The position numbers and the translations under genes are program-made. Of a DNA stretch of 64,000 bases, positions 55,005 through 64,000 are shown piece by piece. Under the pieces are notes generated by a model. The model ran no database searches, had not been told where the DNA came from, and worked only from the letters and a program-made list of their open reading frames with translations. The DNA is from Thermofilaceae archaeon (GTDB taxonomy: Archaea > Thermoproteota > Thermoprotei > Thermofilales > Thermofilaceae): assembly GCA_038727095.1 (NCBI GenBank), contig JAVYWK010000007.1:1-64000 (forward strand), written 5' to 3'. The first letter of the stretch is position 1; each line of letters begins with the position of its first letter.

Positions 55005-56285
55005 ATGAAGGTGGCCTTCTTCTCCTTCGGTGCTTGCGAAGGCTGCAGGTACAGAATAGTCGGTGAACTGCACAAGCTGACGGCGCTCCCCAACATCGAA
55101 ATAGTCAGGGAACCACTGCTGGGGCTCACCGAAGACACCGAGTACGACATCGCCGTTGTGGAAGGGGCGGTCACAACGCCGGATGTTGAGAAGCTCAAGC
55201 GGATCAGGAGTAAGGCGAAGTACTTGATCGCACTGGGCAGCTGCGCGAGACTGGGTGGGATTACGACGCTGGGGTACAGGTTAGGCCTAAAACTGGAGGA
55301 GTACGAGGCTAAAGGGTACGCTGACGCTCTTCCGCTCCACCGATTCGTCAAAATCGACAGCCACGTGAGGGGCTGTCCAGCCAGTGTGGACGAGTTGGTC
55401 ACTGTTCTCAACGCGTTTTCCCTGGGGTTCAACCCCTCGAAGTATGAAAGACGCTTCGAGTACGAGCGCTTAACCCAGGATCTCGTAATCAGCGATGACT
55501 TCCTGAAGCTGGATCCTGGGAAGTGCATAGTGTGTGGAAGGTGCGTTGAGTTCTGCGGTCTTGTGGAAGCTCACGCGCTAACCCAAGCGTTTAGAGGGTT
55601 CCGAGTTATAGTGAGTACACCGGCACAACTGCCCTTCCTCGAGGCGGGCTGCATCAGATGCGGGCTTTGCGCTGCATACTGTCCCGTCGCAGCCGTGACG
55701 TACAGGAGCGACGTAGAGGAGGCGATCAAGCTGATGCGCGAGGGGGGCACTGCTGTCGTAGAGACGTACGCACTGGAAAGCGCAGCCACCGCGCTCGGTG
55801 TTAAGCCCGGCCAAGTACTCTCACTGCTAACAGAGCTCGGCTTCAGCAGCGCAACAGTCGTTAACCCCCTCGAGGGAACGCTGAAGTACGACGGCATTGT
55901 ACCCTTCAGCTCGGCCGAGGAAAGATGGTTAAAGAAGCGTTTCCCGAACGCGCCCGTAAAGGGGCGCGTCAAGCTTGAAGGTGAGAGAGGCACGGTTATC
56001 ATAACGGCTTGCGCTGCAAGGAAGGAGGATCACAAGCCGGCTATAACGGCGCACGAGCTTGTTGAGCTTGCAAAAAACTCTAGGATCACTGTGACCGACC
56101 TACCCGAGCAGCCGGTGAACACGAGCAACATCGAGGGTATTAAAGTCGCCGTAGGGCCAACAGCTTGCGCTAAAGCCGTCGAGGAGTACCTTAAAGGTTC
56201 CGTAAGCCGAGTAGTCCTGCAGATCTGCCCAGGAGGATGCTCGCGAGGATCAGGAAGCCCCTACAAGGTACTGGTTACTAGATAA
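55005..56285 (+). CDS. Chimeric subunit: [NiFe] small-subunit N-terminal domain plus 2x[4Fe-4S] plus reduced [FeFe]-hydrogenase H-domain
   Basis: CEGC, VEGAV, GSCA..GG, GCP; CIVCGRC..C and CIRCGLC...CP; TACAARKED and ICPGGC..G.G; SD-like GGTGGT before ATG 55005. Confidence 0.82.
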   Translation: MKVAFFSFGACEGCRYRIVGELHKLTALPNIEIVREPLLGLTEDTEYDIAVVEGAVTTPDVEKLKRIRSKAKYLIALGSCARLGGITTLGYRLGLKLEEYEAKGYADALPLHRFVKIDSHVRGCPASVDELVTVLNAFSLGFNPSKYERRFEYERLTQDLVISDDFLKLDPGKCIVCGRCVEFCGLVEAHALTQAFRGFRVIVSTPAQLPFLEAGCIRCGLCAAYCPVAAVTYRSDVEEAIKLMREGGTAVVETYALESAATALGVKPGQVLSLLTELGFSSATVVNPLEGTLKYDGIVPFSSAEERWLKKRFPNAPVKGRVKLEGERGTVIITACAARKEDHKPAITAHELVELAKNSRITVTDLPEQPVNTSNIEGIKVAVGPTACAKAVEEYLKGSVSRVVLQICPGGCSRGSGSPYKVLVTR

Positions 56286-56397
56286 TCAAAGCGAAAGAAT
56301 AGTTCTACTCTATTTTAATTCACTTCCTTCTTCGACACACTACCCTAGTGCCTAGCAGTTACGCTTGGTGTAAAAAAAAACAGGAGAAAAACAATAA

Positions 56398-57816
56398 ATG
56401 GCATGTCCTAGACGGCGGCACCTCAGCATGTCCTCAACGCTCAGAGATCTGAGGAGCTCGTCGCGTGGCTACAAGGTGAGTGTCGTTGAAGGTGCGCTCA
56501 CAGTGTTCGGCTCAGCGCTGATAAGCCCCATGACAACACCCCTACTGCTGCGCTTGGGGGCTGACGCGACCACGCTCGCCCTCTACACAGCCGCTGTTCA
56601 GGTCTCCACACCCCCTCTTCAGCTAACCGCTGCGGTTCTCCTCGACAGGTTCAGAGAGAAGCGGCTGATGATCATGACCCTGTTCGCGGCGGTCAGCAGG
56701 GCTACCTGGCTTGGCGTACTACTGGCGATTATCGGAGTAGCTGGAGGCGCGCGGGAAGTCATGCTGCTGCTATGGTTGTCTAACGCTCTAGGCATCTTCG
56801 CGGGCCTAGCGTGGACCGACCTGATGGCTGACCTTGTCGAGCCAGAGCGTCGGGGCAGACTGTTTGCGCTGCGAAACACTATTCACGGCGTCATCAACAT
56901 CATTGGGCTTGTTCTTGCGAAGTTCATATACGATACGTACGGTTACCCTCAAGGGTACGCAGCGGCATTTGGAGTGGGTACGCTCTTCCTACTAGCCGCA
57001 GTCCCACTACTGTACATGTACGGTGACCCCGTCAAACCGAGGGGCTCCAACCTCCGTTTGACGAAGGTTTTCTCGACGCTGAAGAATAGCGAAGTGATAA
57101 AGGACTCTGGCGCGCTAGCAACGTGGTCCTTCTCCGTCAACATCGTCGCTGCGATATGGAACTACCACTTGTACACAGCGTTCAAGGCTGACGAAAGCTG
57201 GTTCACAGCGATCAACCTCGCGGGCGGCATTATCGGCACTCTGGCGAATCCCCCGTGGGGCAGCTTCTACGACAGGTTCGGGCCCCGAGCAACGTTCCTG
57301 ATCTCGGGGCTGGGTATAGTCTTTGTTCCAGCGTTCTTCCCTCACCTACCAAGCCTTCCTGGCCAAATCGCGCTGCAGGTTTACTCCTCGTTCCTCTGGA
57401 CGGGCTTCAACCTAGCTTCGTTCAACTACGCCATCGCCTACGGGGCTGAGTACAGGCACGTCTACATAGCCGTCTACAACACGATACCATCGATACTCGC
57501 GGCGGTGGGCACTAGCTTAGGGGCTTGGCTGTACGGCTACGCGGGTCCAGTTGCGTTCTACGCGTCCTCAATCCTCCGTTTGCTCAGCCTGATCGTCCTA
57601 TACAGAGTAGCAGCTGCCAGAGGAGCAACGTACGAGGAGCTGAGGCTCGCCAGCCACCTTTACCCTCTTTACGTGGCGGGCAGGCAGGCCTTCCACGCCA
57701 CATACATTGAGTTCATCTACGCCGTACGGCTACTGTACGCCACGCTGACAGTCGCAACGCTGCTTGTCTTACTCCTAGCGCTCTACGCAACGGTGCTAAA
57801 GCTTCTCGGCTTATGA
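56398..57816 (+). CDS. MFS transporter
   Basis: About 12 TM helices; W..LM.DLV...RG..F..R; WG...DRFG.R. Confidence 0.88.
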   Translation: MACPRRRHLSMSSTLRDLRSSSRGYKVSVVEGALTVFGSALISPMTTPLLLRLGADATTLALYTAAVQVSTPPLQLTAAVLLDRFREKRLMIMTLFAAVSRATWLGVLLAIIGVAGGAREVMLLLWLSNALGIFAGLAWTDLMADLVEPERRGRLFALRNTIHGVINIIGLVLAKFIYDTYGYPQGYAAAFGVGTLFLLAAVPLLYMYGDPVKPRGSNLRLTKVFSTLKNSEVIKDSGALATWSFSVNIVAAIWNYHLYTAFKADESWFTAINLAGGIIGTLANPPWGSFYDRFGPRATFLISGLGIVFVPAFFPHLPSLPGQIALQVYSSFLWTGFNLASFNYAIAYGAEYRHVYIAVYNTIPSILAAVGTSLGAWLYGYAGPVAFYASSILRLLSLIVLYRVAAARGATYEELRLASHLYPLYVAGRQAFHATYIEFIYAVRLLYATLTVATLLVLLLALYATVLKLLGL

Positions 57817-57897
57817 CGAAAATACAGCCGCTATCGTAAGTCTTAGGAGCATCCACCCGTACGCAGCGTTTTTAAACCGTCGTACAATCGTCACGCT

Positions 57898-58617
57898 GTG
57901 CCGGATCTCATACAAACCATCTTAGATAACCTAAGGTTCCTACTCGACGAGTACACTGCCGCCCTGGCGTATATCTTACCTAGAACATTAGCGATGATTC
58001 TCACGTTGATCCTAGGATGGGTTCTAGGCCGCCTACTGGGCAAGCTTGCCGCTGCTATCGTCAAGCTCGGGAAGGCTGATGAAGCGTTGATGGCCACACC
58101 GTTGGGAGCACACTTGAGCAGAGCAGGCTACACGCTGTCCACGTTCGTAGATCTCGCCACGCGAGTCACAGTGTACGTTCTCAGCGTCGCCCTGGCGATA
58201 AGAGTACTGAGAGTGCCTGAAGCAGAAGTTGTTGCCCAAAATCTGTTCGTTGTGGTGGGCCGAATAGTCGCTGGAGTACTTGTTTTAATCGTGGGCTTAC
58301 TTATCGTCGAGAAGATCTTTGAGTTCGTAGGTAGGATCTTCAAGGAGACGAGCGTTGGGGTTTCAGCTACGATAAACGTCGTGCACGGCATAGCGATCCT
58401 ACTCATAATAACAGCGGCGTTGTCCTCGGCCGGAGTCGATCTGACGCCAGTAACGCACGTAATCGTCGCGTTCGCGCAGGGGGCGGGGATCGGGCTCGGC
58501 ATCGCAGCCGTTCTGATCGCGATCGCGCTCTATCGTGACGAGCTTCTGAAACTCCTGGCCTCAATTCGCGGCAAAGTATCAGTGCAGGCGGGGAAGGGAA
58601 AAAGCATCGAGGACTAA
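57898..58617 (+). CDS. TM-helix repeat membrane protein (CmpX/MscS-associated type)
   Basis: LP......L..GW..G repeat unit present twice; G.G.G.A near C-terminus. Confidence 0.7.
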   Translation: MPDLIQTILDNLRFLLDEYTAALAYILPRTLAMILTLILGWVLGRLLGKLAAAIVKLGKADEALMATPLGAHLSRAGYTLSTFVDLATRVTVYVLSVALAIRVLRVPEAEVVAQNLFVVVGRIVAGVLVLIVGLLIVEKIFEFVGRIFKETSVGVSATINVVHGIAILLIITAALSSAGVDLTPVTHVIVAFAQGAGIGLGIAAVLIAIALYRDELLKLLASIRGKVSVQAGKGKSIED

Positions 58618-58640
58618 GCTTTAATTCCACCCAGGGCCTA

Positions 58641-61016
58641 TTGACTGAGATGCTGAGAGAGTTCTGGCTGCTAGACGCTAGCTACGACGTAGTGGGAGGT
58701 ATTCCCGAGGTTAGGCTCTGGGGTATCGACAGGAGTGGCGAGCGGGTTGTCGTGCTGGATAGGAGCTTTCGACCTTACATCTACGTTCTCCCGGAGGAAG
58801 GTTCAGAGGAGCGTGTCGCAAAGAGGATTGCGGGGATCGGTGGTAAGTTCGGTGTGATAGGCGTCGAAATCGTTGATAAGAAGTACTTCGGGAAACCGGT
58901 TAAAGCCGTTAAGGTAACTTTAATGTCGCCTCGCGTTGTGCCTCAGCTCCGCGAAGCTGTAGCCAAGCTCGAGGGTGTGCGCGAGGTTCTAGAGGCCGAC
59001 ATCCGGTTCTACATGCGCTACATGATCGATAAGGGCGTGCGCCCCTGCGGCTGGCACTCGGTTGAAGTCGAGGAAGTCCCCAACGAGCACGGCTGGAGAG
59101 TTGGGAAAGTCTACCTGGCTAAGTCTGCGCCGCAGCACCTGGGCCCCGAAGACCCTCCCGACTTGAGGATCTACGCCATCGATATCGAGTGCTACAACCC
59201 CTTTGGGGAGCCGAACGCGGATCGCGACCCGATCATCGTGGTATCGGTGAAGCGGGGCGGCGAAGTCAAAGTGTTCACGGCTGAGGGGAAGGATGATAAG
59301 CCGGCGATAGCGGCGTTCATCGAGGATCTGCAGACATTTGACCCCGACGTGATCGTTGGTTACAACAGCAACCGTTTCGACTGGCCCTACCTGCTGGAGC
59401 GCGCTAAGCGCCACGGATTGAAGCTCGATGTATCGAGGGGAGGAGGGGAGCCTACTCCCAGCGTGTACGGCCACTACTCGATAGTGGGGAGGGCCAACGT
59501 AGACCTGTACGACTTCGCTGAAGAGGTCTACGAGGTTAAAGTCAAGACGTTGGATAACATAGCGGATTATCTTGGCGTAAAGAAGAGAAGCGAGAGAGTA
59601 CTGATCGAGGGGCACAGAATCCACGAGTACTGGGACGACCCGAGCAAGAGGCCGCTGCTAATCAGGTACTCCATTGATGACGTTGAGAGCACGTACGGTC
59701 TCGCTGAGAAGTTCCTTCCCTTCGCCATCCAGCTGTCAAACATCGTCGGTCTTCCGCTAGACCAGGTTGGCGCAGCTTCCGTCGGGAACCGGGTCGATTG
59801 GTACTTGATGAGGGCTGCATTCGAGTACGGCGAGTTGATACCGAACAGGGTTGAACGACCGTACGAGCCGTACCGCGGAGCGATCGTGCTCAAGCCCTCT
59901 CCGGGTGTCCACAAGAACGTAGCTGTGCTGGATTTTACTTCGATGTACCCCAGCCTGATGATCAAGTACAACGTATCTCCAGACACCTACGTTCCGCCCG
60001 ATGAGGTGGTCGATGATTCCCTGATCCATGTCGCACCAGAGGTGGGGCACCGCTTCAGGAGGGATCCTCCGGGCTTCTACAAGAAAGTGCTGGAGAGCTT
60101 GCTCGAGGCTAGGCGAGGGATCCGTGCGAAGATGAAGGGCTTGAATCCGGATTCACCTGAGTACAGGCTGCTCGATGAGAGGCAGAGAGCGTTGAAGGTT
60201 GTAGCGAACGCGAGCTACGGCTACTGCGGTTGGGTGGGGGCTAGGTGGTACAAGCGTGAGGTAGCTGAAGCCACGACGGCGTGGGGGCGGAAGACGATTA
60301 CTGAGACCATAGCTCTCGCGAGAAAGCTGGGCTTGAGGGTGATCTACGGCGATACAGATAGCGTATTCGTGGTGTACGAGCCTGAAAAAGTGGAGACGCT
60401 GGTGAAGGCGATTAACGAGCAGCTGAACCTGGACATCAAAGTCGATAAAGTCTACGTTAAGATCTTCTTCACGGAGGCGAAGAAGAGGTACTGCGGTCTC
60501 CTCGAGGACGGCCGCGTCGATGTGGTGGGGCTTGAGGCCGTGAGGGGTGACTGGGCGGAGATAGCCAAGGAAGTTCAGGAGAGGGTTATCGAACTTATAC
60601 TGAAGGAGGGTGATGTGGGAGAAGCTGTTAACTATGTGAGGAGAGTGATCGAGGACCTAAGGAACGGGCGCATACCCTTCGAGAAGCTGATCATCTGGAA
60701 GTCCCTGGGGAAAGGCCTAGACGAGTACGAGGTTGAAGCTGCCCACGTCGCGGCTGCCAGGAGGCTTATAGAGAGCGGGTACAGGGTAGCGAAGGGCGGA
60801 AAGATAGGCTTCGTAATCGTCAGCGGCTCGGGTAGGCTCGCCGACAAGGCTGTTCCGTACATCATGCTGAAAAGTATGAGTGAGGTGGATCTCGATTACT
60901 ACGTGAGGAAACAGGTGATCCCCGCCGCGATGAGGGTTCTCGAGTACTTCGGCGTGAAGGAGAACCAACTGCTCGAAACCGGTCAACGAACGCTGCTCGA
61001 TTTCTTCGGCGGCTAA
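58641..61016 (+). CDS. polB: Family B DNA polymerase (PolB3 type)
   Basis: Exo DIE, YN...FD, Y...D; DFTSMYPS, K...N..YG, YGDTDS, KKRY; C-terminal PIP box QRTLLDFF; no intein. Confidence 0.96.
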   Translation: MTEMLREFWLLDASYDVVGGIPEVRLWGIDRSGERVVVLDRSFRPYIYVLPEEGSEERVAKRIAGIGGKFGVIGVEIVDKKYFGKPVKAVKVTLMSPRVVPQLREAVAKLEGVREVLEADIRFYMRYMIDKGVRPCGWHSVEVEEVPNEHGWRVGKVYLAKSAPQHLGPEDPPDLRIYAIDIECYNPFGEPNADRDPIIVVSVKRGGEVKVFTAEGKDDKPAIAAFIEDLQTFDPDVIVGYNSNRFDWPYLLERAKRHGLKLDVSRGGGEPTPSVYGHYSIVGRANVDLYDFAEEVYEVKVKTLDNIADYLGVKKRSERVLIEGHRIHEYWDDPSKRPLLIRYSIDDVESTYGLAEKFLPFAIQLSNIVGLPLDQVGAASVGNRVDWYLMRAAFEYGELIPNRVERPYEPYRGAIVLKPSPGVHKNVAVLDFTSMYPSLMIKYNVSPDTYVPPDEVVDDSLIHVAPEVGHRFRRDPPGFYKKVLESLLEARRGIRAKMKGLNPDSPEYRLLDERQRALKVVANASYGYCGWVGARWYKREVAEATTAWGRKTITETIALARKLGLRVIYGDTDSVFVVYEPEKVETLVKAINEQLNLDIKVDKVYVKIFFTEAKKRYCGLLEDGRVDVVGLEAVRGDWAEIAKEVQERVIELILKEGDVGEAVNYVRRVIEDLRNGRIPFEKLIIWKSLGKGLDEYEVEAAHVAAARRLIESGYRVAKGGKIGFVIVSGSGRLADKAVPYIMLKSMSEVDLDYYVRKQVIPAAMRVLEYFGVKENQLLETGQRTLLDFFGG

Positions 61017-61029
61017 CCTAGGGAGTAAC

Positions 61030-61698
61030 TTACGCGCTTGTGGAGTAGATGGTGATGAGGTAAAGGTCGTCAGCGGCCGAGTTTAGTAGGTCAGCGGTAT
61101 CCTCGATCATCTCGGCTATGTTGAGAAGCAGGAACATGATGGGAGCAGCCAGTTTTGATTCTAGAGTTGAAAAAATCGCCTCTCTGTACAGCGTATCCAT
61201 CTCTTTCTCGGAGCTCGATATCTTACCTCTGGCTTCGAGAGCGCGATCCCTGTTTGTGAGAGCCGAGTTCATCATGGCTAGGTAGCTGTCCATTATTGAT
61301 AGTAGAAGTGTCGTCATTTTCGCCAGTAGGTCCCTTAGAGGCAAGGGGGATTCCCAGGGCTTGGTGAGCAGAAACTCTATCCTATGGGCTAACCCTCCCA
61401 ACTTATCCACAATACCCCCTATCTTGGAGAAGATCCCTAACCATTCCTCCCGGGTGTATAGCGACGGCGCAATTCGGGAGAAGTAACTGAGGAACTCCTG
61501 CTGAACCCTTTCCGCTTGCTTCTTCTGCTCACTTATCTCCACTGAAGCCGCTGGAGGCTCCGCCCCTACTCCACTCGTGAGTAGGCTTGACAGGCTCTTA
61601 GCCATTTCCCTAGCTGCGAGGAGCTCGTTGCGCAGTAGACTCATCAACTTCTCGTCAGCAGTCGCTGCAGGGCCCCCTGCCGCGATTGTAACACTCAA
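61030..61698 (-). CDS. DUF47/PhoU-like phosphate transport regulator
   Basis: Helical repeat; E...D..YR and E...D motifs. Confidence 0.75.
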   Translation of the reverse strand: MSVTIAAGGPAATADEKLMSLLRNELLAAREMAKSLSSLLTSGVGAEPPAASVEISEQKKQAERVQQEFLSYFSRIAPSLYTREEWLGIFSKIGGIVDKLGGLAHRIEFLLTKPWESPLPLRDLLAKMTTLLLSIMDSYLAMMNSALTNRDRALEARGKISSSEKEMDTLYREAIFSTLESKLAAPIMFLLLNIAEMIEDTADLLNSAADDLYLITIYSTSA

Positions 61699-62003
61699 GG
61701 TCTCTCACCCGCTGGACTCAGAGCCCGTGTAGCAGCTATGGTGTTATCGGCGATACCCAGCTCCTTCATTTCATCGGAGTTACACCAGATCTCGTTCTCC
61801 GGAACCTTATCTAGGGGTAGCGCGGTAAAAACGTACTTCTTCTTACCACCGATCACTATCTCAACCTTATCCTTAATACCGAGGTACTCCATAGCTTTGG
61901 GGTTCATCCTAGCCTGGCCCCTTGGAACCTCGTCGCGCCTCCTCACTCGCAATCGCCGCTCTCTAACGCCCAAGATCACACCCGCGATCTGCTCGTACCT
62001 CAC
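61695..62003 (-). CDS. Stand-alone double-psi beta-barrel-like protein (CDC48 N-domain-like)
   Basis: Internal duplication ARMNP..M..LGI.D.VEI / IW.N...M..LGI.D. Confidence 0.6.
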   Translation of the reverse strand: MRYEQIAGVILGVRERRLRVRRRDEVPRGQARMNPKAMEYLGIKDKVEIVIGGKKKYVFTALPLDKVPENEIWCNSDEMKELGIADNTIAATRALSPAGERP

Positions 62004-62026
62004 GGATATAAGTGTTGCTCGAACCG

Positions 62027-62986
62027 TTACCCAAATTTTCTAACACGAATCAGCTTGACGATCCCTCTCTCGACAACGATGGCATCACCCCTTCTCAATA
62101 TCACAGGGTCAAGGCCCAGCGATTCGAACTCCCGCGCAAGCATCGCGTGAATCAGTAGAAGCTCAGCGTTGTTGATGATGCTCCACGCTATCTCAGTCGG
62201 GTTTTGAGCGACCGCTATCATGCACTCACCGTACTTGCGGAGCTCCGCAAACATCCGCTCACCTATCGTCGGTTCAGAGTCTAAACGACGGTAAGGTATC
62301 ATGTTCCAAGCTTCCTCTACTAGCGTTGCGTGAACAATACCCTCTGCTATCCCTCGCTTGATCGCCGCGTTGTAGAGCTCCTTTAGCAATAGGAGCGAAA
62401 ACAGCTTTTTTGCGTAAATACTTTTGAAGACACTTAGATCGACAGTGAAGCATTTATTGAAAAAACTTTCCGCGACTACGTAACCGTTGAGCGCACGAGC
62501 TATCCTACCCTCAGTTAGCGGGCTGATCCTTCTGACCAAGGCCGCTTTGGTCTCATGATCGTAGTACGACCTTATCGGAACCTCCTCCAGCGCCTCGAGG
62601 ATGCCGTTTATCCCCCTGAAGCCCTTCGACATTGCGTGCTTCACGGCAGTTCTCAGCATAAACAGCTGCGGGGGGGTTAGGTGAAAGACCGCATCGAATA
62701 GATCGACGATTACGTCGACTGTCTCGGGGTCGTAAGATTGATACGGATCCATAACGCATAGGGAGAGATCCTCCCCCGGCGTAAGTCTCGTGAACCCGGG
62801 GATCTCGTACTCGCCGGCCCAATCAAGAACGAGAACGGGTATGCCTCTTTTTGAGATCTCGGATACTAAAACTTTCGCGGTATTACTCTTTCCCGATCCG
62901 GATCGACCTAGGATGACGGCGTGGCCCTGCCGTAGCTCGATGCGACCCTTGAATCTGCCAAGTTTAATTTTCAAAGCTCTAACCAC
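62027..62986 (-). CDS. HerA/FtsK-superfamily (DUF87) ATPase, short form
   Basis: H..ILG.SGSGKS, VLDW.GEY, LVEEA, ELRKYG, Q.P. Confidence 0.85.
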   Translation of the reverse strand: MVRALKIKLGRFKGRIELRQGHAVILGRSGSGKSNTAKVLVSEISKRGIPVLVLDWAGEYEIPGFTRLTPGEDLSLCVMDPYQSYDPETVDVIVDLFDAVFHLTPPQLFMLRTAVKHAMSKGFRGINGILEALEEVPIRSYYDHETKAALVRRISPLTEGRIARALNGYVVAESFFNKCFTVDLSVFKSIYAKKLFSLLLLKELYNAAIKRGIAEGIVHATLVEEAWNMIPYRRLDSEPTIGERMFAELRKYGECMIAVAQNPTEIAWSIINNAELLLIHAMLAREFESLGLDPVILRRGDAIVVERGIVKLIRVRKFG

Positions 62987-63027
62987 GTGTAAAGTATCTG
63001 GTAGTGTAAAGCGGAAAGAAAGGTTAA

Positions 63028-63597
63028 ATGTACTTACGATCTAGCGAGGTCGTGGCTACTCGAGCGGTTCTTCTGGGCAGGAGGGTTGTGCTGTTCGATA
63101 GGGTTAGGGCGAGGGAGCTCTACTTTAACGAGGGTTTCTACGGCAAGTTCTTCAACGTTAGTAAACCGAAGGTTCCTAACGTTGAGCGGGAGTTGGAACT
63201 ATCGTTGCTCGAGGCGGTCTACCTCTCTGAGAAGGGCCTTCTTGAGGTCGTCGATGAGGAGGGTAAGGCGGTCAGTGTAGAGACCCTAAGGGAGGTGAGT
63301 CGAAAGGTCTTCGAGAACTTCGATGAAGTGTACGCTGTTTACAAGGATTTGAGGGATAGGGGGCTTGTCATCAAATCGGGGATGAAGTTCGGAGCAACTT
63401 TCCTCGTGTATAGGTTGGGTCCCGGTTTAGAGCACGCACCGTTTCTAGTACACGTGCTGCCTTACGACAGCAAGCTGGACCCTATCGAGATTGTTAGAGC
63501 CGGGCGGCTTTCCCACTCTGTGAGGAAACGTTTCATAATAGCGTTTGTGGACGAAACAGGGAGAGTAGGGTACCTACAGTTCAAATGGTTAATGTAG
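63028..63597 (+). CDS. endA: tRNA-intron endonuclease, catalytic subunit
   Basis: LSL.EA.YL, VY.DLR.RG, KFG..F.VY, H, R.SH.VRK (Y/H/K triad). Confidence 0.95.
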   Translation: MYLRSSEVVATRAVLLGRRVVLFDRVRARELYFNEGFYGKFFNVSKPKVPNVERELELSLLEAVYLSEKGLLEVVDEEGKAVSVETLREVSRKVFENFDEVYAVYKDLRDRGLVIKSGMKFGATFLVYRLGPGLEHAPFLVHVLPYDSKLDPIEIVRAGRLSHSVRKRFIIAFVDETGRVGYLQFKWLM

Positions 63598-63629
63598 ATA
63601 AAAAGAGGATTAACGGGTAACCGAGCCTG

Positions 63630-64000
63630 CTACTCTTCAGCTGGCTTGAACCTGTTTCTCAGCTTTTCGAGCACTGCCGGCAGTGTTGTGTACTCCATCT
63701 CCTCTGGGCCTAGCCTGTGAGGCATGAAGGGACCGTGCCTCCTCAAGTAATCAGCGATTTGCTGGGCCACCGTCCTGGTGTAGTCGAAGCCGGGGTCGTC
63801 GAACATGTCGTTGGGGCCCTCCAGGTAGCCGTCATGCAGCTGGAAGCCTAGTGCAATGACCCTCGGCGGGCCATCAAACCTAGTGCACTTTGCGTGCCTC
63901 AGGGCTACCGGCATGAGAGGCCCGTGGTGGCTACCCCTCATCCATCCCGCTACTATGTGGGGGAAGGCGAAGGCTTCAAGGACTTCACCAACAGCTGGGA
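63630..64000 (-). CDS. fbp: Fructose-1,6-bisphosphate aldolase/phosphatase (class V), 5' truncated by window edge
   Basis: GWMRGSH.GPLMPV, RFDGPPRV, RRHGPF.PHRL..EEMEYTTL. Confidence 0.95.
   Translation of the reverse strand, partial: PAVGEVLEAFAFPHIVAGWMRGSHHGPLMPVALRHAKCTRFDGPPRVIALGFQLHDGYLEGPNDMFDDPGFDYTRTVAQQIADYLRRHGPFMPHRLGPEEMEYTTLPAVLEKLRNRFKPAEE

Noticed and set aside
54985-55010. Amber stop of the [NiFe] large subunit is in frame with the next gene (SVH*VVGMK), suggesting readthrough or a pyrrolysine fusion
   Set aside because: GGTGGT is adequately explained as the ribosome-binding site for ATG 55005; no pyl genes or tRNA-Pyl are in the window; in-frame adjacency has a 1-in-3 chance
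58641-61016. Possible intein in PolB
   Set aside because: 791 aa is a normal length and the polymerase motifs are uninterrupted

Overview
Core-genome window of a GC-rich (roughly 55%) thermoproteal archaeon, most likely Thermofilaceae. This is inferred from multi-intron tRNAs, an HMf-type histone, a full-length RNase P RNA and PolB3. Most of the window is information-processing genes: ribosomal proteins, EF-2, EF-1a, aIF5A, aIF6, SRP54, Sec61beta, thermosome, prefoldin, tRNA-modifying enzymes, PolB and EndA. It also holds nine tRNAs carrying eleven BHB introns, divergent SRP and RNase P RNA genes, and a C/D box sRNA whose target (tRNA-Leu CAA C34) lies in the same window. Highlights: (1) a five-gene hydrogenase operon (50567-56285) in which an [FeFe]-hydrogenase-type HydA and a [NiFe] small subunit have reciprocally swapped halves around the [NiFe] large subunit, with bifurcating-type HydB/HydC; (2) a three-ORB replication origin with no orc1/cdc6 in the window but with an adjacent winged-helix gene; (3) an ArsR-HTH fused to a degenerate class III ribonucleotide reductase; (4) a CdvA-like gene pair and a membrane-anchored degenerate AAA protein; (5) recurrent ~120-bp AT-rich patches inside coding sequences. 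No CRISPR array, transposase or integrase was seen. All calls come from motif recognition by eye; no database searches were run.
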